A DNA stretch of 64,000 nt from a virus, in IMG/VR virus record IMGVR_UViG_3300039216_000106, positions 721-64,720 of that record. The stretch is one strand, 5' to 3'. How positions within the stretch are numbered: the first letter of the stretch is position 1; every line of letters begins with the position of its first letter. Below the pieces are notes generated by a model that saw only the letters and a program-made list of their open reading frames with translations, searched no databases and had not been told where the DNA came from. A program made the translations under genes and the position numbers. Shown one piece after another: positions 1 to 8,947 of the stretch.

Positions 1-2
1 CT

Positions 3-65
3 GCCTCGCCCATCACCGTGCCGTCGCCCCGTGCCAAAACTCCTGACGTTGGAGAAAAATCGTGA
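3..65 (+). CDS. 3' end of an upstream virion gene (partial, ...ASPITVPSPRAKTPDVGEKS*)
   Basis: Frame is open from the window edge. Its TGA at 63-65 overlaps the sheath GTG start (GTGA coupling). Confidence 0.3.
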   Translation, partial: ASPITVPSPRAKTPDVGEKS

Positions 66-1921
66 CCCAGATCATCGCCGCAAATTCCCCGACGCCTGTC
101 GTCCCGGACGCCTATATCGCCATCGTTCCGCCGCAGAACCAGTTGATCGCGGGCGCCGCTTACGGGCGCCTCGGCATCGTCGGCACTGCAACGTGGGGTC
201 CAGTTGGCGTTCCCGTAATCATCGGCGGCAACGATCAGCAATTGGCGTCGTTCGGCATCATCCAAAACCGCGAATACGATTTGGGCACCGCCGTCGCCGT
301 ATCCATTCAGCAAGGCGCGTCCGACATGCGCTGCGTCCGCGCCACGGACGGCACCGATACCGCGGCCACGGCCACGATTGCGGCCAGCACCGCGATTGAA
401 ACCGCGACCATCGGCGGCACGATCACGGCGGCGGACAAGGTCCAGTTGATCTTTACCCCGACCTACGGCGCGGCCATCACCGTTTCCTATACCGTGATCG
501 GCACGGACACGACCACCAGCACCGCGACCGCACTTCTCGCCCTGCTCCAAGCCAATGTGGCCCTGACCACGGCCGGTTTCACCTTCACGTCGAGTGGCGC
601 CGTCATCACAATGAACGGGCCTGCTATGGGCTGGACCTACAACAAGAACGTCACCGGTGCGGCCACAGAAACGGTCACGCTGGCTTCCGGCACCGCATCG
701 CCGACGCAATTGACGGTGACGGCCAAGTACACCGGCTCCGCGGGCAACGGCTTGACCATCGCCATTTCAGCCGGCAGCAAGGCCAGCACATTCAAGGCGA
801 CGGTTTCCATTCCGAACCTCGGCATTCCGGCTGAGATTTACGACAACATCGCCGGTCCCGGCAATCTGTTCTGGACCGGTTTTGCCAGCGCCATAAACAG
901 CGGAATTTCCGGGCTTCGTGGCCCGTCGCAGATCGTCACGGCCACGGCTGGCGTATCGAGTGCGACGCCAACGGTTGCCACCACGACGCTTTCGGGCGGT
1001 GCTGACGGCGTGTCCGGCGTCGCCACCCAGCAATTGGTCGGTGTTGATACCGCGCCGCGCAAGGGCATGTACGCGCTTCGTGGCCAGCAATGCCAGATCG
1101 TCAATCTTACCGACGCCTGGGACGATACTTATTGGTCCGCGATGTCTGCCTTTGCCGACAGCGAGGCGTGCATCGTCGGCACGTCAACGCCAATCGGCGA
1201 CACCATCTCCGCCGCGGTCGCCGCGCTTTCGAGCGAGGGTGTGGACGATTACAACTTCAAGCTCCTGCTCGGCGATTGGGTCTATTGGCAGGATCAGGTC
1301 AATGGCGTTACCCGCCTCTTAGCCCCGGCCACGTTCTGGGCCGGGCTCCGCGCCGCGACGCCGCCGCAGAATTCGACGCTGAACCGAGCGGTTCAGGCCG
1401 TGGTCGGGACGCAAAAAAGCACGTCGGGCGCCAGCTACTCGACCGCGGACATTGCGGCGCTGGTTCAGGGCCGCGTCGATGTCATCTGCAACCCGGTTCC
1501 GGGCGGATCCTACTTCGGGCCTCGGATCGGGCGTAACAGTTCGTCCAACGGCGCGACCCGCGGCGAGAATTACACGATGCTGACCAACTTCATTGTGGCC
1601 AGTCTGAAACCGGTGGTCGGCAAGGTCGTGGGTCAGTTGCAGAACCCGACCCAGCGGCGCCAAGCCAAGTCCATGCTGGACGATTTCTTCTCCGGCCTCG
1701 CGTCGGAAGGTGTGATCGGCACGGCGGACGGAAGCCAGCCATGGCAGGTCACGCTGAACTCGACCAACAACCCGCCTTCGCAGGTCGCGGCCGGTATCGA
1801 AACCATCGCAATCAAGGTCATCTACCAGAGCGTGATCGAATTCCTGATCGTCAATCTGGAAGGCGGCCAGACCGTCACCATCGAAAGCAGCGGCGCGCAG
1901 CTTCTGTCCAACGCGGCTTGA
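62..1921 (+). CDS. Tail sheath protein with inserted extra module
   Basis: 619-aa ORF, first in the order sheath-tube-chaperone-tape measure. GGAG lies upstream of the GTG start. The C-terminal part (NPVPGGSYFGPRIGRNSS..NYTMLTNFIVASL) looks sheath-like by recollection. Confidence 0.8.
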   Translation: MTQIIAANSPTPVVPDAYIAIVPPQNQLIAGAAYGRLGIVGTATWGPVGVPVIIGGNDQQLASFGIIQNREYDLGTAVAVSIQQGASDMRCVRATDGTDTAATATIAASTAIETATIGGTITAADKVQLIFTPTYGAAITVSYTVIGTDTTTSTATALLALLQANVALTTAGFTFTSSGAVITMNGPAMGWTYNKNVTGAATETVTLASGTASPTQLTVTAKYTGSAGNGLTIAISAGSKASTFKATVSIPNLGIPAEIYDNIAGPGNLFWTGFASAINSGISGLRGPSQIVTATAGVSSATPTVATTTLSGGADGVSGVATQQLVGVDTAPRKGMYALRGQQCQIVNLTDAWDDTYWSAMSAFADSEACIVGTSTPIGDTISAAVAALSSEGVDDYNFKLLLGDWVYWQDQVNGVTRLLAPATFWAGLRAATPPQNSTLNRAVQAVVGTQKSTSGASYSTADIAALVQGRVDVICNPVPGGSYFGPRIGRNSSSNGATRGENYTMLTNFIVASLKPVVGKVVGQLQNPTQRRQAKSMLDDFFSGLASEGVIGTADGSQPWQVTLNSTNNPPSQVAAGIETIAIKVIYQSVIEFLIVNLEGGQTVTIESSGAQLLSNAA

Positions 1922-1934
1922 GGAGATTTAGGCC

Positions 1935-2372
1935 ATGCCTATCAACAGCTTTTCCGTTGGCAAAGACGTAACGCTGGACTTCGTTTCGCCCCTGACCGGC
2001 GGCTTGGTACAGTTCTCGAACATCACCGAGTTCAGTTTGAACCAGATGAGCACTGAGCGTAACAGCCACGGGATCGACGGCGAGAACCGGTTTCTGGAAA
2101 TTCCTTCCGGCTGGGAAGGGACGTTCAACATGGACCGCAACAGCGAAGTGTTCGACCTCTACATTTCGGCCTATGAAGCGGCCTATTACGCCGGCCAAGC
2201 GCTCACGGCCAGCCGCATCATGGAAACCATCACCGAAGCGGACGGCACCATTTCGCAGTTCGTCTTTACCGGCGTCTCAGTCAAGTTTCCGAACGTCGGC
2301 AAGTGGCGCGGCGACGACAAGGTCGAACAACAGATGACGTTCAAGGCGTCGAAGCGTCAGCAACTGATCTAA
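1935..2372 (+). CDS. Tail tube protein
   Basis: 145-aa ORF immediately after the sheath, with GAGGAG RBS. Size and position are typical of a myovirus tube protein. Confidence 0.7.
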   Translation: MPINSFSVGKDVTLDFVSPLTGGLVQFSNITEFSLNQMSTERNSHGIDGENRFLEIPSGWEGTFNMDRNSEVFDLYISAYEAAYYAGQALTASRIMETITEADGTISQFVFTGVSVKFPNVGKWRGDDKVEQQMTFKASKRQQLI

Positions 2373-2380
2373 GGTAGACC

Positions 2381-2845
2381 ATGACCAAAGTCACAGTAAA
2401 ACGCGGCGTGACGGCGCCGGTCGGTGAAGCGGAGAAAATGCCGGATACGGAAACGTCCGGCGCGGCGCCGGGCGACAAGTACGCGCCGGACGCCAAGGGC
2501 GTGATCCGTTTCGAGGACAGCACCGGCCGCACAATCGGCGTGAAAAAGCCCAATCCCTTGGAGCGTGTCAGATTGGCGGAAATCCTCGGAGAATCCGCCA
2601 GCAACCAAGTCGTCATGCTGAGCGTGATGCCAGCCTACTACGTGATCGAACTCGACGGCGAGATGTCCCCGCGTGTGCGCAGCCGCCGCGAACTCGACGC
2701 GATGCTTCTGCGTCTTGGCGACGAAGGTATCGACGCGGTCGAAGCCTATATCATGGAAGACTTGGCGCCGAAGATTAAAGCCGCCATGGATGAGCAGGCA
2801 CGCCTCCAGGCCGATGAGGAGGATCGGGCCGCCACAAAAAAATAG
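2381..2845 (+). CDS. Tail assembly chaperone, short (unshifted) form
   Basis: 154-aa acidic ORF between tube and tape measure. It ends ...ATKK* on an A7 run. Confidence 0.7.
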   Translation: MTKVTVKRGVTAPVGEAEKMPDTETSGAAPGDKYAPDAKGVIRFEDSTGRTIGVKKPNPLERVRLAEILGESASNQVVMLSVMPAYYVIELDGEMSPRVRSRRELDAMLLRLGDEGIDAVEAYIMEDLAPKIKAAMDEQARLQADEEDRAATKK

Positions 2846-3018
2846 TCTGCGATCCGACGTTCAGGGAAATCATCATCCTTGCCAAGAATGGGATCGCGCC
2901 AGGGTTTGACCAAAACGAGATGACCGATATGGAGCGCCAAGCTGCTATCATCGTCATCGGAGAGTGCGATGGTGGGGAATTTGATTTCGCTACCATGCGC
3001 TGGAAGAAACAGACGTAA
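2381..3018 (+). CDS. Tail assembly chaperone, long form made by a -1 frameshift at 2836-2842
   Basis: The -1 frame is open from the A7 run to TAA at 3016-3018. It adds about 59 aa (IVCDPTFREIIILAKNG...ATMRWKKQT). This is analogous to lambda G/GT and P2 E/E+E'. Confidence 0.6.
2836..2842 (+). other. Slippery heptanucleotide A_AAA_AAA (programmed -1 ribosomal frameshift site)
   Basis: Seven A residues span the last two Lys codons of the chaperone ORF, directly before its TAG. Confidence 0.6.
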
Positions 3019-3029
3019 GGGCTTTTGAT

Positions 3030-3545
3030 GTGCGAGAATTTAGCGGCCTGGGAGCATTCGGAGAGTTTCTAGACACGCTCGTTGGCGTGATGACCGCTAA
3101 CGTGATCGCGCTCGATAAGGCCACCAAACTCGTTCAGAAGACCGCCAAGGCCAAGATTGGCGAGTACCAGCCCCAAGCCGGACCATTCGCGGCGTGGGAT
3201 CCCCTCAGCCCCGCAACGCTCTACGGCTTCATGCACCCGGCTGGGTTCTATATCCCCGGCAAGGTCCAATTGGGTTATGCGCCACCCGACAATCCGCTGC
3301 TTCGTACTGGCGAGATGCGCGCCACGATTGAGCGCAAGTTCGACAACCGTGAAGGCCACGTCGGCTCTGACGATCAAGTGATGGTGTGGCAGGAACTTGG
3401 AACGCGGTTTATGCCGCCCCGCTCTGTTCTGGGCGGTGCTGCGGTTGAAACCAGCGATAGGGTTGCTGTGATTATCGGCGATGAAATAGCGGTGTCCCTT
3501 GGCGCCGAAAGCGTCCTCGGTAGTTCTCGAATTGCCATCGCGTGA
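3030..3545 (+). CDS. HK97 gp10-like virion protein (tail completion / connector family)
   Basis: 171 aa. The motif NPLLRTGEMRATIE...WQELGTRFMPPRSVL resembles the HK97 gp10 family signature by recollection. GTG start. Confidence 0.45.
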   Translation: MREFSGLGAFGEFLDTLVGVMTANVIALDKATKLVQKTAKAKIGEYQPQAGPFAAWDPLSPATLYGFMHPAGFYIPGKVQLGYAPPDNPLLRTGEMRATIERKFDNREGHVGSDDQVMVWQELGTRFMPPRSVLGGAAVETSDRVAVIIGDEIAVSLGAESVLGSSRIAIA

Positions 3546-3556
3546 GGTACTGAGTA

Positions 3557-5524
3557 GTGGAAAATTATCGCATCGGCGTCGGAATTTACCTAACGAACCG
3601 GGTCTCCGGTGCGCTGGGCATGATCGCCGGTCACTTCGCCAAGACGGAAAAAGAGGCCGCGAAGCTTCGCAAGACGCTTCAGGAAATCAAGCTTCTTGGC
3701 CTGTCCGGCCTACTGATCGGCGGAGCGGGTTTTGCTGGGCTATACGCCATGAGCAAAATGGTGAACCATGCTAAGGAGTATGCGCACCAGCTCAACATTA
3801 TGAAAATGGCTGGCCTCTCCAATTTGGAGATGGCAGAGGCCACGGCGGCGGCGTGGAAAAACACGAAAGATGTCGTGATCTCGACGGCAACCGGAAATCT
3901 CAGCATATTGATGGACATGCGCAATGTGTTGAGCGGCGGCATGAAAGAAGCGCTGCCGATGCTCCCTATTGTGTCGAAGATCGCGGCAGTCATGGCGGCG
4001 TCGGGTGAGACCAAAATATCGTCCAACGCTCAAGGCATCGCTTTCGACGTGACCAAAGCAATGGACATCATGGGCCTCAACACTTTCGCGCAGATGCAGC
4101 ATGGCGCGGAAATGATGACCAAGGTCGTGACCGCATTCCAGAACCGTATTTCGCCATCGGCGATTGGCCAGACCTTGTATTACGCTCGGCAGGCCAGATA
4201 CAGCCCGGATGATTCGTTCACCTATGGTGTTGTCCCAACCATGATGCTGGAACGGGTCGGTGGCGGCGGGGCGTCTGGCAGCAAGGGTATCGGTCCCCAG
4301 TTGGCTGCGGTCAATCGCGTAGCTGTCATGGGCATCATGAACAAGAAGACGCAGGCGTGGTTCCATGATCTTGGTCTTTTGCACGGAAAGTCAGTCCGTA
4401 CCACGACTACAGGAACGATCACGGCCGGCCTAGACCACAAACAGGCTTGGCAGAATAACCAATTCTTTGCGACGTGGCGTGACTTGGTGCCCGCAATGGG
4501 GAAAAAGTTTGGCGAGGCGATCCTTAAAGACCCTGCCAAACTGCGAATGGCGATTACTGGCAGCAGTATGCAGCAGACCGCCATGTCACAGCTTATGGAA
4601 TACGTGACAAAGCCGGGCAACTTCCTTCGCGACATGTCGAATGTCGGCGTCATGCCAGCGCTCAAAGACTTGCCGCCGCTGCTTCAGGCTATCGCACAGA
4701 AGATGGGATTGCGTTCCGGCGGCGGAGCAATGGGGTATGAACAAGCCTATAAAATGGCCCTTTCAAACGACCCGCAAACGCAATTGTTGGGGCTTCAGTC
4801 TCAATGGAATAATCTGCTCACAGACATGGGTTTCCACCTCATGCCAACTCTGCTACCAATGCTTAAAGATTTCGTAAGTTGGCTTTCCGACTTAGTCCAA
4901 TGGATGCGGCAACACCCATCCATTGCGAAGGCTCTTATGTGGTCATTTTTTGGCCTCTCTGCCTCTATGATGTTTGGTGGCGTGGTGATGGGGCTAACCG
5001 CTGCATTTAAGGCATTAAGCCTTGTCCTTATCGGAAACGCTGGGGGTGGAATTGTTGCGGCGACATGGGCAGCGCGCGGAGGGCTACTTGGTCTTTTGGC
5101 GCCATTAGCGGCCGTCGCAGCAATTGTGGCTGTGTTTCAGCCAGGGAGGATTGGTTATGATCCGAAAGACCCTAAGAATATGAAGGAACAGCTTGATATT
5201 CGTGGTGGCGATCCGCAAGGGCACCCCAAGGGGCCGCTCTGGTATTTCTTCCATGACATGTTTTACGGCAAGGGCGTCGGCTCTCCTGCGACGAACACTC
5301 CGGGATGGACAACAAACACCGGAAAATATTTCAATCAGTCATCGCAAACACAGTCCCCAGACGCGCTTGCCGACGCGATCAAAAAGGCACTGAACGGTAT
5401 GACGGTCACCATGGACGGTCGCAAGGTGGGTTCCGTCGTTGCTGGTGGCATGGCAAAAAATGGCGGCAGCGTTTCGTTTGCGCCGTCCGGCTTTAACCCC
5501 GCACTCTCACCGGTGTTGCCATAA
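3557..5524 (+). CDS. Tail tape measure protein
   Basis: 655 aa, downstream of the chaperone. Helical N-terminal part, with Gly- and hydrophobic-rich segments in the C-terminal third. Confidence 0.8.
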   Translation: MENYRIGVGIYLTNRVSGALGMIAGHFAKTEKEAAKLRKTLQEIKLLGLSGLLIGGAGFAGLYAMSKMVNHAKEYAHQLNIMKMAGLSNLEMAEATAAAWKNTKDVVISTATGNLSILMDMRNVLSGGMKEALPMLPIVSKIAAVMAASGETKISSNAQGIAFDVTKAMDIMGLNTFAQMQHGAEMMTKVVTAFQNRISPSAIGQTLYYARQARYSPDDSFTYGVVPTMMLERVGGGGASGSKGIGPQLAAVNRVAVMGIMNKKTQAWFHDLGLLHGKSVRTTTTGTITAGLDHKQAWQNNQFFATWRDLVPAMGKKFGEAILKDPAKLRMAITGSSMQQTAMSQLMEYVTKPGNFLRDMSNVGVMPALKDLPPLLQAIAQKMGLRSGGGAMGYEQAYKMALSNDPQTQLLGLQSQWNNLLTDMGFHLMPTLLPMLKDFVSWLSDLVQWMRQHPSIAKALMWSFFGLSASMMFGGVVMGLTAAFKALSLVLIGNAGGGIVAATWAARGGLLGLLAPLAAVAAIVAVFQPGRIGYDPKDPKNMKEQLDIRGGDPQGHPKGPLWYFFHDMFYGKGVGSPATNTPGWTTNTGKYFNQSSQTQSPDALADAIKKALNGMTVTMDGRKVGSVVAGGMAKNGGSVSFAPSGFNPALSPVLP

Positions 5525-6402
5525 TGGCTGTCTTTGGACCAGACTTTGTCGTCAAGATCGGGGATGTGGAACTCTCCAACCTGGAGATTCCGGCCACCAT
5601 CAATTTCGGCGGCAAGCAGAAGATCGGCAAGCACCAGTTGCCGGGTGGCGCCCGCATTCTCGACGCCATGACGCAGGACGACGACGACATTACGTGGGAG
5701 GGCATGTTCACCGGCCCCGATGCGTTCGCCCGCGCGCGTCAATTGGACGGCTACCGCAAGACTGGCGAACAGGTCACGCTAAGCTATCACACGCTGAGCT
5801 ACACCGCGATTGTTGCTGAGTTCGTCGGCAATTTCGAGCGCTATTATCAGGTTCCGTACCGCATCGTTTTGATGGTGGTGGAAGATTTGTCTCTGCCGCC
5901 CGCGTTGTCGCCGGGCAACAGCGTCTTTGACCTCCTCAATTCCGATTTGGCGCAGACCCTGGAAACGGCGCTGGCGCTCGGCATGGGCATTTCTTCTGCT
6001 ATCCCAGGCCCCGTAGCGTCGTCGGTTGGCGTCAATCCGCAAACGCCCGGCATAACAGCGCCCGTCCTCACCTATGGCATGTCGCTTGACGACCTGGCCG
6101 CTGCGCTGACCGTGGTTCGCGAGGACACCGACGCCATTGTGACGCCAAGCGGCGTTACTGTCGCCAGCGTGGCGCAACTTGTGGCCGCGTTACAGGTGGC
6201 GCAGAACCAATGCGCCGCGCTCATGGCGGAATCCGAAACGGTTTTGGGCGTGGCCACCGTGCCGGGCGGCGTCACGGCAGGCAGTCCTGACCCGGCGGCG
6301 TTTCTGTCGTACCTCGCAACATGTGACCAAGCCGTTCAGATCAACCAGCAAGACGATTACCTGACCCGCATGAACCGAAACACCTCTTCGGGAGCGCTGT
6401 GA
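5524..6402 (+). CDS. Tail protein (gpU / DNA-circulation-like N-terminal domain)
   Basis: 292 aa. TAATG overlap with the tape measure gene. Sits between the tape measure and the gpX/gpD-like genes. Confidence 0.45.
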   Translation: MAVFGPDFVVKIGDVELSNLEIPATINFGGKQKIGKHQLPGGARILDAMTQDDDDITWEGMFTGPDAFARARQLDGYRKTGEQVTLSYHTLSYTAIVAEFVGNFERYYQVPYRIVLMVVEDLSLPPALSPGNSVFDLLNSDLAQTLETALALGMGISSAIPGPVASSVGVNPQTPGITAPVLTYGMSLDDLAAALTVVREDTDAIVTPSGVTVASVAQLVAALQVAQNQCAALMAESETVLGVATVPGGVTAGSPDPAAFLSYLATCDQAVQINQQDDYLTRMNRNTSSGAL

Positions 6403-6614
6403 TGGCCGCAACACAACAGGGCGCACCTCTCAAGACGGTCACGGTGGCGGGCGGCAACCTTTTTTCGATTGCGCTTCAGGTTCTTGGCGACGCGACGCAA
6501 TGGAACCGGATCGCGCAACAGAACGGCATGACAGATCCGTGGTTTACCGGCGTGGTCACACTGGCCATTCCGCCCACCAATTCAGCGGCGGGGGGTGGGA
6601 TTTATGGCAGTTAA
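6399..6614 (+). CDS. Tail protein X-like (LysM-like fold)
   Basis: 71 aa. VTVAGGNLFSIALQVLGDATQWNRIAQQNGMTDPW resembles the LysM / P2 gpX pattern. Lies immediately before the gpD-like gene. Confidence 0.6.
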   Translation: MMAATQQGAPLKTVTVAGGNLFSIALQVLGDATQWNRIAQQNGMTDPWFTGVVTLAIPPTNSAAGGGIYGS

Positions 6615-7734
6615 CAATCCGTCGCCGCAATCGCAAGTCCGTTTTCCCTACGCCCGCGTTTTGCTGAACGGCAAGCCGGTGCAGAACTGGGAAACCGCGA
6701 TGGTGACCAAGAACGCGCACTACGTTTCCGATAATTGGTCGGTCGAACTCCCGATGAATGGCTTGGTCGCGCCCTTCGACGCCGCCTATTTCGGAACGCA
6801 AACCGACTTGCAGATGGAAATCCAGGCCGGGTTCAAGAATGCGGATGGCACGCTCGGGTCGCCGACTTCGCTGATCATCGGTGTAGTCGATGAAATTGAC
6901 GAAGATTTCCTGCGTGAAGACGGCAGTCAGATGATCGTGATGCGCGGGCGAGATTACACCGGCGCCTTGATCGATTCCATCGTCACGTTCACGTACAAAA
7001 ACATGACCTCAAGCCAAGTCGCGGCCAAGATCGCCGCAAACCATCCCGAACTGAAACCGAAGATCACGGCGACACACAAGAAGGTCGGTTCGTATTTCAA
7101 CAACGAAACGAACCTGGAAAGCCGGAAGATTTCGGAATGGGATTTGCTGACGCAACTGGCACAGGACGAAGGTTTTGTCATCCTGATCCGTGGCACTCAG
7201 CTTTACTTTGGACAGCCGGAAAAGCCAAACGAGACGAACCCGTACATCTTCAAATATGTGCCGCGCGATGCTGGGCAAGTGCTCCAATCGAACGTGTTGA
7301 CCCTGAAATGCACGCGCGCCCTAACCGTCGCGCGGGACGTGAAAGTCGTGGTGCAAAGCTTCAGCCGCGCCACAGGAAAGAAGGCAAAGGCAGAGGCCAG
7401 CGCCCTCAACCCGCTTCGCAACAACAGAACCGGCAACAAGGCGGGGACACAGATTTATTCGTATAACATTCCGAACAAGACGCACGCCCAATGCCAAGAT
7501 TTGGCAACTGCCTATCTCAAGCAGATCACAAAGCGGGAACGCGTCATCGAAATTTCCGCTCCCGGCGATCCGCTGCTCACTGACGATACTGTTATGAGCC
7601 TGACGGGGACAAATACGGCGTGGGACCAGTTTTATTTTGCAGACAGGATCGAGCACGAACTGAACGCCAACAGCGGATGGCTTATGCGGGTCAGGGCCAA
7701 GAACCATTCCACCAGTTCAACGCTTCCGACGTGA
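6604..7734 (+). CDS. Late control gene D-like tail/baseplate hub protein
   Basis: About 376 aa. ATG at 6604 is preceded by GGGGGTGGGA; an alternative GTG lies at 6595. The gpD/Mu P-like central region includes EWDLLTQLAQDEGFVILIRGTQLYF. Confidence 0.7.
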   Translation: MAVNNPSPQSQVRFPYARVLLNGKPVQNWETAMVTKNAHYVSDNWSVELPMNGLVAPFDAAYFGTQTDLQMEIQAGFKNADGTLGSPTSLIIGVVDEIDEDFLREDGSQMIVMRGRDYTGALIDSIVTFTYKNMTSSQVAAKIAANHPELKPKITATHKKVGSYFNNETNLESRKISEWDLLTQLAQDEGFVILIRGTQLYFGQPEKPNETNPYIFKYVPRDAGQVLQSNVLTLKCTRALTVARDVKVVVQSFSRATGKKAKAEASALNPLRNNRTGNKAGTQIYSYNIPNKTHAQCQDLATAYLKQITKRERVIEISAPGDPLLTDDTVMSLTGTNTAWDQFYFADRIEHELNANSGWLMRVRAKNHSTSSTLPT

Positions 7735-8202
7735 AAGACGTGCTTTGTCCGCTTTTTTCAACTTCTCTTTTTTCATCATAGCTTCGGCACCGCGGACTGC
7801 TTTGGCAATAACGTCCGCCCTTAAAAGCTGTGGTGGTATAACGGTAGTCACCGCCTGTGGTTTGGTCTTGCCGTGCTTTGCTTTAAGCGCACGATAGCGC
7901 TTTTCCCAGCGTGCTGCCGACAATTTGGCGCGCAGAATGATCGCCAGCAATTTCTTGTACGCCTTGATGTAGTGCAGTTTCTTGTCGCCGATGCGAGATG
8001 CGTTATAGATCACATCAACAAACTCTTCGTCTGTTTGTCTCTTGGCCTTTGGCGCAACTGGTGCTTTTGGTTTGGGGCGCATGAGTTCAATATCTCCCTC
8101 TCTCAATGGTTCTACCCTGACGAGAAACTGCTTGTCGCCACGCATAATGTAGGCAAATTCTGCCGGCTTGCTCGGGTTTTGTTCGGTCACAACACGCACC
8201 AC
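7717..8202 (-). CDS. Hypothetical Lys/Arg-rich protein (antisense insert in tail module)
   Basis: 161-aa ORF in a visibly lower-GC stretch. Its 3' end overlaps the gpD-like 3' end by 18 nt (convergent). Confidence 0.55.
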   Translation of the reverse strand: MVRVVTEQNPSKPAEFAYIMRGDKQFLVRVEPLREGDIELMRPKPKAPVAPKAKRQTDEEFVDVIYNASRIGDKKLHYIKAYKKLLAIILRAKLSAARWEKRYRALKAKHGKTKPQAVTTVIPPQLLRADVIAKAVRGAEAMMKKEKLKKADKARLSRRKR

Positions 8203-8777
8203 AGAATGATTACCAAGTTGACGACCGTTAAAGCGCTTCCGATGAGAGTGAGGCGTTTTGCCATACGTATTCTTCTGTCGTCATTGGTCGGTTTGACCGA
8301 TTGGGTGTGGCTGTGTTGTAGCTGCCTTTCCTCAATTTTACTTATTCTTTGCTCGAAGTACGATTCCGCACCGAAAAGAGTTTTTTTCATCCGTTCAAAA
8401 ACCTCGTTCTGATTTGCAGGGTTGCTTTTCGCTTCCTGCGTGGCCTTGGCGAACGCGGACGAAATCCATCTCTCCATGTCGCACATTTTCGTGTAGATCA
8501 TGTTTTCGACCGGGGATGGCTTGCGATCTTCCTGGGGCTCTTCCGGCGCCATTGGCAATCGCTCAAGTTCCGAACGTGCCGTCCGCTTATCATTCTTGTT
8601 GGGCAGCGGAATGACGTGTTTTCTGACGCGACCGTTTTGCCACGTCGTGATGATGCGCGCCGCTGGGTCGGCCTCCGTTTGCCGAATGACGCAAATCTCT
8701 TTGATTTGCGCGTCACCGATGGCTTGACCAAATCGGATGTGTGTCGTCAGGAAGTCTTGGAGTTTCACGCCTGTCAT
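8187..8777 (-). CDS. Hypothetical tail-anchored membrane protein (antisense insert in tail module)
   Basis: 196 aa with a C-terminal hydrophobic helix (LTLIGSALTVVNLVIILWCVL). Overlaps the downstream gene by 16 nt. Lower GC. Confidence 0.55.
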   Translation of the reverse strand: MTGVKLQDFLTTHIRFGQAIGDAQIKEICVIRQTEADPAARIITTWQNGRVRKHVIPLPNKNDKRTARSELERLPMAPEEPQEDRKPSPVENMIYTKMCDMERWISSAFAKATQEAKSNPANQNEVFERMKKTLFGAESYFEQRISKIEERQLQHSHTQSVKPTNDDRRIRMAKRLTLIGSALTVVNLVIILWCVL

Positions 8778-8809
8778 GGTGTCTTCCGCCTAAATTTTCC
8801 CTCGCAAAC

Positions 8810-8849
8810 GTAACGCTCTGTGCGGTGTAACGCAAGGAAATTGTAACGC
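8810..8849 (+). promoter_or_regulatory. Three direct copies of the GTAACGC box (8810, 8827, 8843) in the divergent region upstream of the baseplate operon
   Basis: Copies are spaced 16-17 bp apart. The same box recurs in many other intergenic regions. Confidence 0.5.
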
Positions 8850-8947
8850 ACGGGCGCACTTTCGTCCCCGTCGCCCGTGCCAAATCGGCTTTGTACAAGG
8901 TGTTCTATTGGCTTATGGTCAGGACACAATCTCTGGGATGATGCGCC

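Noticed and set aside
31-399. 122-aa ORF overlapping the start of the sheath gene
   Set aside because: It is Arg-rich and compositionally aberrant, and it lies out of frame within the well-supported sheath ORF.
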